A stretch of DNA of 64,000 nucleotides from Gemmatimonadales bacterium. Lineage in GTDB: Bacteria > Gemmatimonadota > Gemmatimonadetes > Gemmatimonadales > Gemmatimonadaceae. Position 1 is the first letter of the stretch. Each line of letters opens with the position of its first letter. Made by a program: the position numbers and the translations under genes. Shown here one piece after another: positions 47,059 to 55,572 of the stretch. The notes under the pieces were generated by a model, which was not told the origin of the DNA, made no database searches, and was given only the letters and a program-made list of their open reading frames with translations. The DNA lies in assembly GCA_038253755.1 (NCBI GenBank), contig JBBSGU010000002.1, forward strand, positions 42,257-106,256. Direction: 5' to 3'.

Positions 47059-47709
47059 TTACTTCGTCTCTTCCTCTTCCGGCTTCTTGGCGCGGATGAC
47101 TTCGGGCTCGGCGCCTTCGGCTACTTCTTCCGTCGCGGCAGCTTCTACAGCAGCGCGCGGAGCTGAGACGACTGCGACTGACGCATCTTCTTCGGCGACT
47201 ACTTCGACGCCGTCAGGAAGCGTGATGTCGCTGACGTGCAGCGAGCTTCCGATGACCATCTTCGTCACATCGACTTCGATGTGGTTCGGGATGTTTGCCG
47301 GATCGACTTCGACTTCGAGCTCACGCATCGTCTGATCGAGGATTCCGCCGTCCATGCGAACACCGTCCGGAACACCAACGAGGATGACGGGGACGCGGAC
47401 GATGACTTTCTCGCCGGCGACCAGCTCCTGGAAATCCACGTGAAGGATCTGGCGCTTGAACGGGTGGCGCTGGATCTCACGGATCAGTGTGCGCGAGTTC
47501 GTACCGTCGAGATCGAGATCGATGACGGTGTTTTCGGCGGAGATGTGCTCGAGGAGCTTCTCGAGATCGCGGGTGTTGATCGAGAGCGCCTGCGGCTCGC
47601 GGCCGTGACCGTAGATGATTGCTGGAACGCGGCCGGCAGCGCGGAGAGAACGAGCGACGCCCTTGCCGCTGTTCTCGCGCTTGCTGACTGAAAGATTTGC
47701 TGACGCCAT
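47059..47709 (-). CDS. rplY: 50S ribosomal protein L25/general stress protein Ctc
   Basis: GKGVARSLR, VPAIIYG, QRHP, HVDF, C-terminal EPEVI. Confidence 0.96.
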   Translation of the reverse strand: MASANLSVSKRENSGKGVARSLRAAGRVPAIIYGHGREPQALSINTRDLEKLLEHISAENTVIDLDLDGTNSRTLIREIQRHPFKRQILHVDFQELVAGEKVIVRVPVILVGVPDGVRMDGGILDQTMRELEVEVDPANIPNHIEVDVTKMVIGSSLHVSDITLPDGVEVVAEEDASVAVVSAPRAAVEAAATEEVAEGAEPEVIRAKKPEEEETK

Positions 47710-47725
47710 GACTTAACCCCCTGAC

Positions 47726-48682
47726 CTATTGCTCGAAAAGCGAGCTTACGGACTGCTCGCTGTGAATGTACCTGATTGCCTTCGCCAACAAATCGCCGAC
47801 TGACAGCACGGTGAGCTGCGGAAACCGCTTCTCATCAGGAATAAAAACGGTGTCGGTGACCGTCACTTCCTTTATCGGAGCCTCGCTCAGCCGCTTGACG
47901 GCAGGGCCGGAAAGCAGCGCGTGCGTTGCGCAGACATACACATCCTTTGCGCCAAGATCCTTCAGCGCCCGCGCGGCTTCGGAAACAGTCCCCGCGGTAT
48001 CGATCATGTCGTCGGTGAGAAGGCAATCCTTGCCTTCGACTTCTCCGACGACGTTCACAACTTCACTCTGATTCGGCTTGGGCCGCCGCTTGTCGATGAT
48101 GGCGAGACTGCCATTCAATCGCTTCGCGAAGCCTCTCGCCATTTTTGCCGAGCCAACGTCTGGTGCGACAACGACTAGATCGTGCAACTGCTTCTTTCTG
48201 TAATGCGACACGAACACCGGCGCCGCGTAGAGATGATCGACAGGAACGTCGAAAAATCCCTGTAGCTGATGCTGGTGAAAATCGAGTCCCAGCACCCGGT
48301 GCGCGCCCGCCGTGACGATCATGTTTGCCACAAGCTTGGCGCCAATGGCGACTCTTGGCTGGTCCTTTCGGTCCTGACGAGAGTAGCCGTAGTACGGCAT
48401 GACGCATGTGATACGAGCGGCCGAGGCCCGCTTCGCCGCGTCGATCAGGAGCAACAGCTCCATGATGTTTTCGGCTGGCGGATTTGTCGGCTGCAGAATG
48501 AAAACGTCGTTACCGCGAACGTTCTCGTCGATGCGGACGAAGATCTCGCCATCTGCGAACCGGGTGATCGTCGCCTTGGCCTGGTCGACCCCGAGACTGC
48601 TTGCGATCTCCTTCGAAAGAGCCGGGTTTCCGGAGCCTACGAGGAGCTTTAAGCCGTGACTCGGTACGGATAGTCCGTCCAT
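47726..48682 (-). CDS. prs: Ribose-phosphate pyrophosphokinase
   Basis: FADGE, PYYGYSRQDRK, VAPDVG, DDMIDTAGT. Confidence 0.97.
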   Translation of the reverse strand: MDGLSVPSHGLKLLVGSGNPALSKEIASSLGVDQAKATITRFADGEIFVRIDENVRGNDVFILQPTNPPAENIMELLLLIDAAKRASAARITCVMPYYGYSRQDRKDQPRVAIGAKLVANMIVTAGAHRVLGLDFHQHQLQGFFDVPVDHLYAAPVFVSHYRKKQLHDLVVVAPDVGSAKMARGFAKRLNGSLAIIDKRRPKPNQSEVVNVVGEVEGKDCLLTDDMIDTAGTVSEAARALKDLGAKDVYVCATHALLSGPAVKRLSEAPIKEVTVTDTVFIPDEKRFPQLTVLSVGDLLAKAIRYIHSEQSVSSLFEQ

Positions 48683-48727
48683 GCCGCGATAGCCTTTAAA
48701 GTTAAGTGAACGCTGGCTTTAGATCAA

Positions 48728-48749
48728 TTCCCCGGCGGAGGCCGGGGAA
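48728..48749. promoter_or_regulatory. Perfect 9-bp GC-rich hairpin upstream of prs
   Basis: TTCCCCGGC-GGAG-GCCGGGGAA; no U-tract, role unclear. Confidence 0.45.
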
Positions 48750-48786
48750 GCCACGGAATCTAACCGCCAAGGATTGCCTGAGGGAG

Positions 48787-50232
48787 TCAGTATCCCAGTT
48801 TTTGCTTCGTCCAGATAACGACTACAGCGCAGTTCGCTCCGTTGATGTCCGTATTGGAGAACTCCGGCGGCGTTGACAGCTCGTCGTAGATCTCGACACC
48901 AGCGAGCTCGGCACCTGACAGGAAGCTGTCCGGTCCCATCTGGGGGTCGCTGTTTTTCCCAGTGAACCACGGGTGACCGTCTACATAGTATTTCACGCAA
49001 CCATTCAGGCGACCGGTCACGTATCGCTTTCCGTCTACGTTGGTACCCATTCGCAGAGACGGAGCCGTCTCGAGCAGCATGTTGAGCCTCTGCGGATTTC
49101 GGAGGGCTATGTCAGCCGGCCCGTAGAATTTCCCGTTGCCGCGAACCTGTCGCTCGGTGAATCCAACGCGTTGAAGCCCGAGTTCCCGAATAGCAGAGAC
49201 GCGAACCGCATCGAGCACCGGCACGTAGTGGGCGAGTGTCACGGTCACGTCCCTTGGAGAATTGGAGCTCAGGTCGACGGGAACTTCGACCGCCTGGAAA
49301 CCGAGCCGGCGAACGCTGAGTGAGCGGGTGCCTGACCTGAGGCCGGCGAGGGTGAACTTGCCGCTGTTGTCAGAGGTAGCCGCTGCGTCGTCGGCCTCGA
49401 GCGCGACGCGCGCTCCAGCGAGCGGAGTTCCGCCAGTGTCAACGACCTTTCCATTGAGAACTGCCTTTCCTTTTGCAACTTCAAATGGCGCCGTCGCCGT
49501 CTTGCCAGCAGCGGTGGACGGAGCAGCAGGCTTCCCGGTATTGAGTGCATCACCTGCCGGCAGATGGAACGACACAACTCCAATCCCGTTTGCAAAATTC
49601 ACCGGCACGGCGGAAGTGCTATCTGCTCCGCGGTAAGCAACGACCCCTGTTACGAGATCAGCGGGAATTCCACAGACACGGTAGGAGCCGTCGATCCTGA
49701 CGGTCGCAAGGCGCCGCTGTGGCATCCTGGCGACGTTCTTGTTCGACAACTGATAGTCCACCCACTCTACGGAGACTGTTGCGCCGTTGGAAGGTGTTTC
49801 GGTATCTGCGTCGAGCACACTGCCAAAAAGAGCTGCAGTACCCCGTTGAAGATCAGCCGCGGAGCACTTCGCGCCGACGATCGTCCTGGCGGACGGAACC
49901 GACAGCACGAAAGACATGTTGCCTCCCGCTTCCAGTTCGCGTTCAGGTGACCGGACGATGAGACCAAGCGAGTCGAGGAGAGGATGCATCACCTCGAGGT
50001 AGCGCTGGCCGGGCGGAACACTGTCAATTCGAAACCGGCCAGAGGCATCGGTCATCGTTGAAAGCGTCGTTCCACTCACTGACACGATCGCGCCACGCAG
50101 GTATCCCCCGCGAACGCTGTCTACGGCGACGCCGGAGATCGTGAGCTGTGGATGCGCACTCGACTGCTGAGCGGAGAGGAACGCCGGCGCGAAAATCAGC
50201 GTGGCGATTATGGCGGACACCCTGAACTGCAT
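48787..50232 (-). CDS. Exported protein with repeated carboxypeptidase-regulatory-like domains and a C-terminal TonB-plug-like motif
   Basis: Signal peptide MQFRVSAIIATLIFAPAFLSA; three G.V.D...G.(R)V repeats; C-terminal GVEIY...PPEF...CAVVVIWTK; the longer ORF track start lies in or upstream of the tRNA. Confidence 0.78.
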   Translation of the reverse strand: MQFRVSAIIATLIFAPAFLSAQQSSAHPQLTISGVAVDSVRGGYLRGAIVSVSGTTLSTMTDASGRFRIDSVPPGQRYLEVMHPLLDSLGLIVRSPERELEAGGNMSFVLSVPSARTIVGAKCSAADLQRGTAALFGSVLDADTETPSNGATVSVEWVDYQLSNKNVARMPQRRLATVRIDGSYRVCGIPADLVTGVVAYRGADSTSAVPVNFANGIGVVSFHLPAGDALNTGKPAAPSTAAGKTATAPFEVAKGKAVLNGKVVDTGGTPLAGARVALEADDAAATSDNSGKFTLAGLRSGTRSLSVRRLGFQAVEVPVDLSSNSPRDVTVTLAHYVPVLDAVRVSAIRELGLQRVGFTERQVRGNGKFYGPADIALRNPQRLNMLLETAPSLRMGTNVDGKRYVTGRLNGCVKYYVDGHPWFTGKNSDPQMGPDSFLSGAELAGVEIYDELSTPPEFSNTDINGANCAVVVIWTKQKLGY

Positions 50233-50234
50233 CA

Positions 50235-50305
50235 TTGCCCCCGGTGGATTCGAACCACCATTCTCGGATCCAAAGACCGATGTCCTGCCATTGGACGAGG
50301 GGGCA
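50235..50305 (-). tRNA. tRNA-Gln (anticodon TTG), CCA not encoded
   Basis: TGCCCCC/GGGGGCA acceptor stem; GTCC-AATGGCA-GGAC D arm; loop CTTTGGA; GGTGG-TTCGAAT-CCACC T arm; located between ispE and prs. Confidence 0.95.
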
Positions 50306-50317
50306 GAAGCCGTAAAG

Positions 50318-51238
50318 CTAGCCAACCCTGACTGGCTGAACAACGTCGATAGACGTCTTTGTAGTTGTCACGTGCTCGCGATGTTCCTCGGGAACTCGCG
50401 AGTAGTTCGGAGGCGAGTTCAGAACCCCGAAGATCGTCGAGCCAGAACCAGTCATCTGTGCAAAAATCGCCCGCGAATGACGAAGTCGTTCAATGTAACC
50501 GGCGATCTTCGGATGACGTGCGATTACCGGTTCTTCGAAGTCGTTTCGGGCAAATCGCATGATGCCTTGCCATGTCGAGAGCGCGAGCGGGCTGATCATG
50601 AGCGGGGTTTGCGTGTCGCTACGAACCGCATCTCCGCCAGCCACTAGTGGCGAACCAGCGGCTGCCCTGTCCTCGTCGAGCCACCGATACGCGTCGGCCG
50701 TCGACACGCTGAACGGCGGAGTCATGAGCAAAAGATCGTAACTCGGTAACGGATCGAAGCTCATCATTCGCTCGCCGCGACCCCACGCGAACGCCATTAC
50801 CGCATCGCTCGCGAGAAATGGAATATCCGAGCCGAGCGAAGCGGCGATCTCGATCACTGCTTCCTTTCCGAGCGGATCGGGCGAGAGCGAGTCGAGAACG
50901 CGCAGCACAGCGCCGGCATCCGCGCTTCCGCCGCCGAGGCCGGCACCGACGGGAATTTTCTTTGTGAGCTCGATGCGAAATCCGCGCGGCCATCCAGCGC
51001 GTGCCGTGTATGCAGCTGCTGCACGAAACGCGAGGTTCTGCTCAGCCGGGCCTGCATCCATTCCATCGACGTCGATTGATCTGCCGTGATCTGCTGTCTC
51101 AACGAGGATTTCGTCGGATAGATCGATGCGATGAAAGACTGTTTCGATCGAATGGTATCCGCTCACTTCGCGACCGAGCACACGAAGGTGCAGGTTGAGT
51201 TTTGCCTGGGCTCCGATGCGTGCGGCCGGACCTCTCAC
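50318..51238 (-). CDS. ispE: 4-diphosphocytidyl-2-C-methyl-D-erythritol kinase
   Basis: AKLNLHL, GYHSIETVF, KKIPVGAGLGGGSADA, GSDIPF, NDFE, MTGSGST. Confidence 0.95.
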   Translation of the reverse strand: MRGPAARIGAQAKLNLHLRVLGREVSGYHSIETVFHRIDLSDEILVETADHGRSIDVDGMDAGPAEQNLAFRAAAAYTARAGWPRGFRIELTKKIPVGAGLGGGSADAGAVLRVLDSLSPDPLGKEAVIEIAASLGSDIPFLASDAVMAFAWGRGERMMSFDPLPSYDLLLMTPPFSVSTADAYRWLDEDRAAAGSPLVAGGDAVRSDTQTPLMISPLALSTWQGIMRFARNDFEEPVIARHPKIAGYIERLRHSRAIFAQMTGSGSTIFGVLNSPPNYSRVPEEHREHVTTTKTSIDVVQPVRVG

Positions 51239-52245
51239 GCTGTTGTTTTTCTCGCGGTTTCGATCTCCTTGAAATGAAGACCAAGCCGCGCGAAGTAATA
51301 GACACCGATGACCGTGATCGGTATGAAGCTCAGGATGTGGTAGCCGATCGCCCAGCTCGTCGCGCGATCAGCGCCAACTCCGTAAATCGCGAGACCGACG
51401 TTGGCGAGCTTCTCGAACACGCCAAAGAATCCGGGAGCCGACGGCAGTGCGACTCCGATCGCAATGAGCGTCTGAAGGAACAGCGCGGCCGAAAATGGCA
51501 GGTTCATTCCGACTGCCTTGAACCCCAGCCAGAATGCAAGTGCGTTCACGAGCCAATGCAGCACGGTCCACGCGAGTACGGCGAGAAACCGACGAGGGCT
51601 TCTCAGAACACTCAGGCCTTCGCTGAAATTTATGAGCACCGCTTTGCCCCGCGTCTCGAGGGCGGGGGATATGCGTCGCGCGAACAGCTCATACGCTTTC
51701 ACCAGCTGCGTAGGAAAGAACGCAAGTGAATAGAGCGCGAGGACCAGGAGAACGACGATGACGATCGAGCCCTGGGCAAGACTCCCAAGCGACTGTCCGG
51801 CGATGCGGGCGCCGCGCGGAAAGGCTGGATCGAGAAATGCTGCGACCGCGAGCAGCAGCAGGACCATCATGTCGAACAACCGGTCAACCGCGAGCGATGC
51901 GATGGACGTTGAAAGGGGGATGCCCGTTTCCTTCGTCAGTGCATAGCCGCGCGCAATCTCGCCCGCTCTCGCCGGAATCAGGTTGTTCACCATCATTCCG
52001 ATCGCGGTTGATCGCCAGAGCGGACCAAGGGGCGTGTTGGGCGCGACAGGCTGAAGAATCGTTTGCCAGCGGCGCGCTCTCAACGGGAAGATGATCGTCG
52101 CGCAAAATGCCGAAGCCAGGAACAGCGGAATGCTCGATTGCGCGAGCTCGTGCCACACAACGGCCATCGAGACGTCGCGCAGTGTCCACCACAGGAGCAC
52201 GACGCTGAGCGCAATGCCGACTACGCTCCGCCAGCTGATTTTCAT
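51235..52245 (-). CDS. Lysylphosphatidylglycerol synthase TM-domain (UPF0104) protein
   Basis: LRARRW, NNLIPARAGE, DRLFD, PSAPGFFGVFE; polytopic. Confidence 0.88.
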   Translation of the reverse strand: MKISWRSVVGIALSVVLLWWTLRDVSMAVVWHELAQSSIPLFLASAFCATIIFPLRARRWQTILQPVAPNTPLGPLWRSTAIGMMVNNLIPARAGEIARGYALTKETGIPLSTSIASLAVDRLFDMMVLLLLAVAAFLDPAFPRGARIAGQSLGSLAQGSIVIVVLLVLALYSLAFFPTQLVKAYELFARRISPALETRGKAVLINFSEGLSVLRSPRRFLAVLAWTVLHWLVNALAFWLGFKAVGMNLPFSAALFLQTLIAIGVALPSAPGFFGVFEKLANVGLAIYGVGADRATSWAIGYHILSFIPITVIGVYYFARLGLHFKEIETARKTTA

Positions 52246-52248
52246 TTG

Positions 52249-52608
52249 CTAGTCCGTTGCGGCGAGCTCGACGAGATCGAACAGCTCATCGATGGTTTCG
52301 CGATCTGGCATCGCGTCACCGACGATCGACCGGATCTCAAGTGCACGGTCGAGGGCCGCGCGTCCGCGATAAAGCAGCGTGTCGATTGGAACTGGTGGAG
52401 GAAGAACCGGTGTGCGCCGCGACCGTTCGCGGGAAACACCGCCAAGCTGGGCGATACTCGTTGACAACAAGGCCTGAAGCTCGTGGCCGCGGGCTGGCGT
52501 GTACCGAGCATCGCGCTGCTGAGGTGTGTATCCGGCGCGCACGACGTGCGGGCCGTCGTCGTCGAAAAAGAGATTGGAAATCGGAATTGTCTCGTCTGAC
52601 GCGGTCAT
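52249..52608 (-). CDS. Hypothetical protein
   Basis: Fills the gap between pdxJ and the UPF0104 gene on the same strand; repeated (V/I)PI..L motif. Confidence 0.7.
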   Translation of the reverse strand: MTASDETIPISNLFFDDDGPHVVRAGYTPQQRDARYTPARGHELQALLSTSIAQLGGVSRERSRRTPVLPPPVPIDTLLYRGRAALDRALEIRSIVGDAMPDRETIDELFDLVELAATD

Positions 52609-52610
52609 GA

Positions 52611-53351
52611 TCAAATCTCGGCAGGCGAGCGCGCCGCGTCCATCGCAGCGCGCATCTCGCGAACAGCTTCCGGTAGTCCAATGAAAATCGAGCGGCTGAA
52701 GATAGAGTGTCCGATGTTGAGCTCGGTGACCTCGGGAATGGCGGCGACCAGGCCAACGTTTTTCACGTTGAGACCGTGCCCAGCGTAAATGTGGAGTCCG
52801 GCGCCGGCGCCAATACGGGCACCGTTTACCAGCGCGTCGATCCTCGAGCGGTCATCGGGATGATTCGCGTAGTCGCCGGTGTGCATCTCGATTGCATCTG
52901 CACCGAGCTCTGCGGACTTCATGATCTGGTCGGGATCAGGATCGATGAACAAGCTGACGTGGATTCCGCCAGCTTTGAGGAGGGCGATCGCGCGTTCGAC
53001 GCGGGCGCTCTCGCGCACGACATCGAGCCCTCCTTCGGTGGTCACTTCTTCACGTTTCTCAGGAACAAGACTGACCTGCGCCGGTCTAATTCTCAGGGCC
53101 ATGTCGATCATTTCATCGACGCACGCCATCTCGAAATTGAAGAATGTGGTGATTGACGTTGCGAGTTCCTCGACATCCGCGTCCTGAATGTGTCGCCTGT
53201 CCTCGCGAAGGTGCACGGTAATTCCGTCAGCACCCGCCGACTCGCACATTCTCATCGCTTCGAGTGGGCTCGGCTCCATTCCGCCGCGCGCCTGCCTCAG
53301 CGTCGCTACATGGTCTATGTTCACATAGAGACGCTGATGTCTTGCTGCCAT
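52611..53351 (-). CDS. pdxJ: Pyridoxine 5'-phosphate synthase
   Basis: VNIDHVATLRQARG, HLREDRRHI, TTEGG, AGHGL, ELNIGH. Confidence 0.97.
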   Translation of the reverse strand: MAARHQRLYVNIDHVATLRQARGGMEPSPLEAMRMCESAGADGITVHLREDRRHIQDADVEELATSITTFFNFEMACVDEMIDMALRIRPAQVSLVPEKREEVTTEGGLDVVRESARVERAIALLKAGGIHVSLFIDPDPDQIMKSAELGADAIEMHTGDYANHPDDRSRIDALVNGARIGAGAGLHIYAGHGLNVKNVGLVAAIPEVTELNIGHSIFSRSIFIGLPEAVREMRAAMDAARSPAEI

Positions 53352-53395
53352 TAATTCTCCTTGTTACGTTCGCACCAACTTTCGTGGAGCACCGT

Positions 53396-53893
53396 GTGAA
53401 GAAATATCTGCTCGCGCTTTGCTTTCTTGCTGCCTGTTCGCGCGCGTCAACTACTACGACGACTACGACGACTCCGGTCGGTGCACCGCGGCCAAAAACA
53501 ACGTCGGCTCCTTCCGCGCCCCGCTCCGACAACGGATTGACCGGAGCCGCGTCCCCCCGCGGAGCCGTCGTCGATTTTCTGGCCGCAGTAAAAGCTCAGG
53601 ATATCCAGGCGATGTCTGTGATTTTCGGAACGAACCAGGGTCCTTCGCGCGACAACATGGACCGCTCCGAATTGGAGAAGCGACTGATCATCCTTCAGTG
53701 CTACTTCAGCAACGACAAATTTCGCATCACCGACGAAATGCCGGGAGAGCGCGGGCATCGCATCTTCACCGTGGAGCTCACCAAGGGCGGCAACATCAGG
53801 ACGCCGCGCTTCTATTCGATCGGCGGCCCCGGTGGCCGCTACTATGTTGACAACATGGAAATCGCTGCCGTGCGCGATTTCTGCAGGAAGTAG
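53396..53893 (+). CDS. Hypothetical lipoprotein
   Basis: GTG start after GGAG; KKYLLALCFLAAC lipobox; Thr/Pro linker. Confidence 0.78.
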   Translation: MKKYLLALCFLAACSRASTTTTTTTTPVGAPRPKTTSAPSAPRSDNGLTGAASPRGAVVDFLAAVKAQDIQAMSVIFGTNQGPSRDNMDRSELEKRLIILQCYFSNDKFRITDEMPGERGHRIFTVELTKGGNIRTPRFYSIGGPGGRYYVDNMEIAAVRDFCRK

Positions 53894-53904
53894 CAACAGC
53901 CTGG

Positions 53905-54315
53905 TCAATATTCCGACAACTCGACCAGAATTCCCTCGGTCGAGCCCGGATGCAGGAAAGCGATTCGCTTTCCTTCGGCGCCAATTCGCGGCGTTTCGTC
54001 GACAAGTCTGATTCCGGCCGCGCGGCACTTTTCAAGCGTCGCGTCGAGATCATCGACCGCAAAGCAGACGTGGTGAATTCCTGGCCCGCGGCGCACGATG
54101 AATTTTCCGATTGGAGTATCATCACCGTCGGGCTCCAATAACTCCACCAGCGAGTCGCCCGCGACGACGGCAGCGATCCTCGCCCCGTCGGAATCGCTGA
54201 TCTCCGCCTCCTTCAGCCCGAGAATCCCGGTAAGAAAGGGAAGGCTGGCCGATATCGACTTCACGGCAATTCCAATGTGGGCGATGCGGGTGCCTTTGGG
54301 GGCTTCCTGTTGCAT
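53905..54315 (-). CDS. mce: Methylmalonyl-CoA epimerase (VOC family)
   Basis: HIGIAV, ELLEP, GPGIHHVCF, GAEG..IAFLHP, LVEL. Confidence 0.9.
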   Translation of the reverse strand: MQQEAPKGTRIAHIGIAVKSISASLPFLTGILGLKEAEISDSDGARIAAVVAGDSLVELLEPDGDDTPIGKFIVRRGPGIHHVCFAVDDLDATLEKCRAAGIRLVDETPRIGAEGKRIAFLHPGSTEGILVELSEY

Positions 54316-54390
54316 TAGATTTCGAGAGCAGAGGGAACCGAAAAATTAATTCAGCGACTGGTCCGGGACACCGGCCAGAGAGGTTTGTGA

Positions 54391-54717
54391 ATGTCGAATG
54401 CGGTCGAAGTAACGGACAACGATTTCGAAGCAGAAATCGAGAAGCACGAAGGGCTGGCAGTTGTCGATTTCTGGGCAACGTGGTGTGGCCCGTGCCGAAT
54501 GATCGCGCCTGTTCTCGACCAGCTGGCGATTGAATATGCCGGAAAGGCAAAGGTCGCGAAGCTCGACGTCGATACGAACATCAGAACTCCGGCTCGTTTC
54601 CAGGTTCGCTCGATTCCGGCGATTCTGTTCTTCAAGGACGGAAAGCTCGTGGATCAGGTGATCGGCGCTGTTCCGAAGTCGCAGCTCGAGTCGAAGTTCA
54701 AGCAGCACGCTGCGTAG
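54391..54717 (+). CDS. trxA: Thioredoxin
   Basis: VDFWATWCGPCR, SIP, FKDG. Confidence 0.97.
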   Translation: MSNAVEVTDNDFEAEIEKHEGLAVVDFWATWCGPCRMIAPVLDQLAIEYAGKAKVAKLDVDTNIRTPARFQVRSIPAILFFKDGKLVDQVIGAVPKSQLESKFKQHAA

Positions 54718-54735
54718 CAGGCTGGAGAGGGCCGG

Positions 54736-55572
54736 TTGACCGCGCCAGGCGTGGCAGGGGCCCTCTACGTAGTCAGCACTCCCATCGGCAACATGGGGGA
54801 CATGTCATTCCGCGCGGTCGAGGTCCTATCCTCGGCCGCGCTTGTCATTGCGGAAGACACGCGCCACAGCCGCCGGCTTCTCGATCACTACGAAATTTCC
54901 ACGCGATGCTCGGCTTATCACGAGCACAATGAGGCGAGAGAGACACCGAGGCTGGTGAAGCGTCTTCAGGCGGGCGAGCCGATGGCGTTGATCACGGACG
55001 CGGGAACCCCTCTCTTGTCCGATCCCGGCGCGCGACTCGTTGCGGCGGCGATAGACGCTGGAATCGACGTCATTCCGGTACCTGGCGCATCAGCACTTCT
55101 TGCGGCACTCGTAGGATCCGGAGTCGCTGGAGATCATTTCACGTTTTTCGGCTTCCTCCCTCGCAAGGGTAAGGACCGTCATCGCGTGTTGACAGAGATA
55201 ATGCGCATGTCCCACACGTCGATCATCTACGAGTCACCGCTGCGTGTGTGCGATACGCTGAAAGAGCTGCTCGAAGCCGGCGCCGGGGCACGAACGGCGG
55301 TAGTGGCTCGCGAGCTGACAAAGAAATTCGAGGAGTTCTCCCGAGGTACCGTTGCAGAGCTCGCGCTGAGATTCGAGCAGACGCCTGCGCGCGGCGAGGT
55401 CGTGATCCTGATCGGTGGTGCTCACGAAGAGACGCTCGACGAGGACGAGATGCGCATCGCCGTGAAGGAAATGCTCGCTGATGGGCTGAGCTCGCGCGAT
55501 TGTGTCGACCGACTCATGAGCCGGTATGGCGCGCCCCGCAATCTCGCCTACCGGCTGGCGCACGAAGCGTGA
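54736..55572 (+). CDS. rsmI: 16S rRNA (cytidine1402-2'-O)-methyltransferase
   Basis: LYVVSTPIGN, AEDTRH, DAGTP..SDPG, YESP, RELTK..EE. Confidence 0.95.
   Translation: MTAPGVAGALYVVSTPIGNMGDMSFRAVEVLSSAALVIAEDTRHSRRLLDHYEISTRCSAYHEHNEARETPRLVKRLQAGEPMALITDAGTPLLSDPGARLVAAAIDAGIDVIPVPGASALLAALVGSGVAGDHFTFFGFLPRKGKDRHRVLTEIMRMSHTSIIYESPLRVCDTLKELLEAGAGARTAVVARELTKKFEEFSRGTVAELALRFEQTPARGEVVILIGGAHEETLDEDEMRIAVKEMLADGLSSRDCVDRLMSRYGAPRNLAYRLAHEA

Noticed and set aside
48768-48790. Possible att-site duplication of the tRNA-Gln 3' end (GGCAAT on the minus strand)
   Set aside because: Only 6 bp of identity and no integrase; not distinguishable from chance
50236-50343. N-terminal extension of ORF 48787-50343
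   Set aside because: Runs through tRNA-Gln and ispE; the signal peptide starts at 50232/50235
53449-53475. ACT/ACG trinucleotide run (and the CAG run at about 28813)
   Set aside because: In-frame poly-Thr and poly-Gln low-complexity linkers with mixed codons; not contingency repeats
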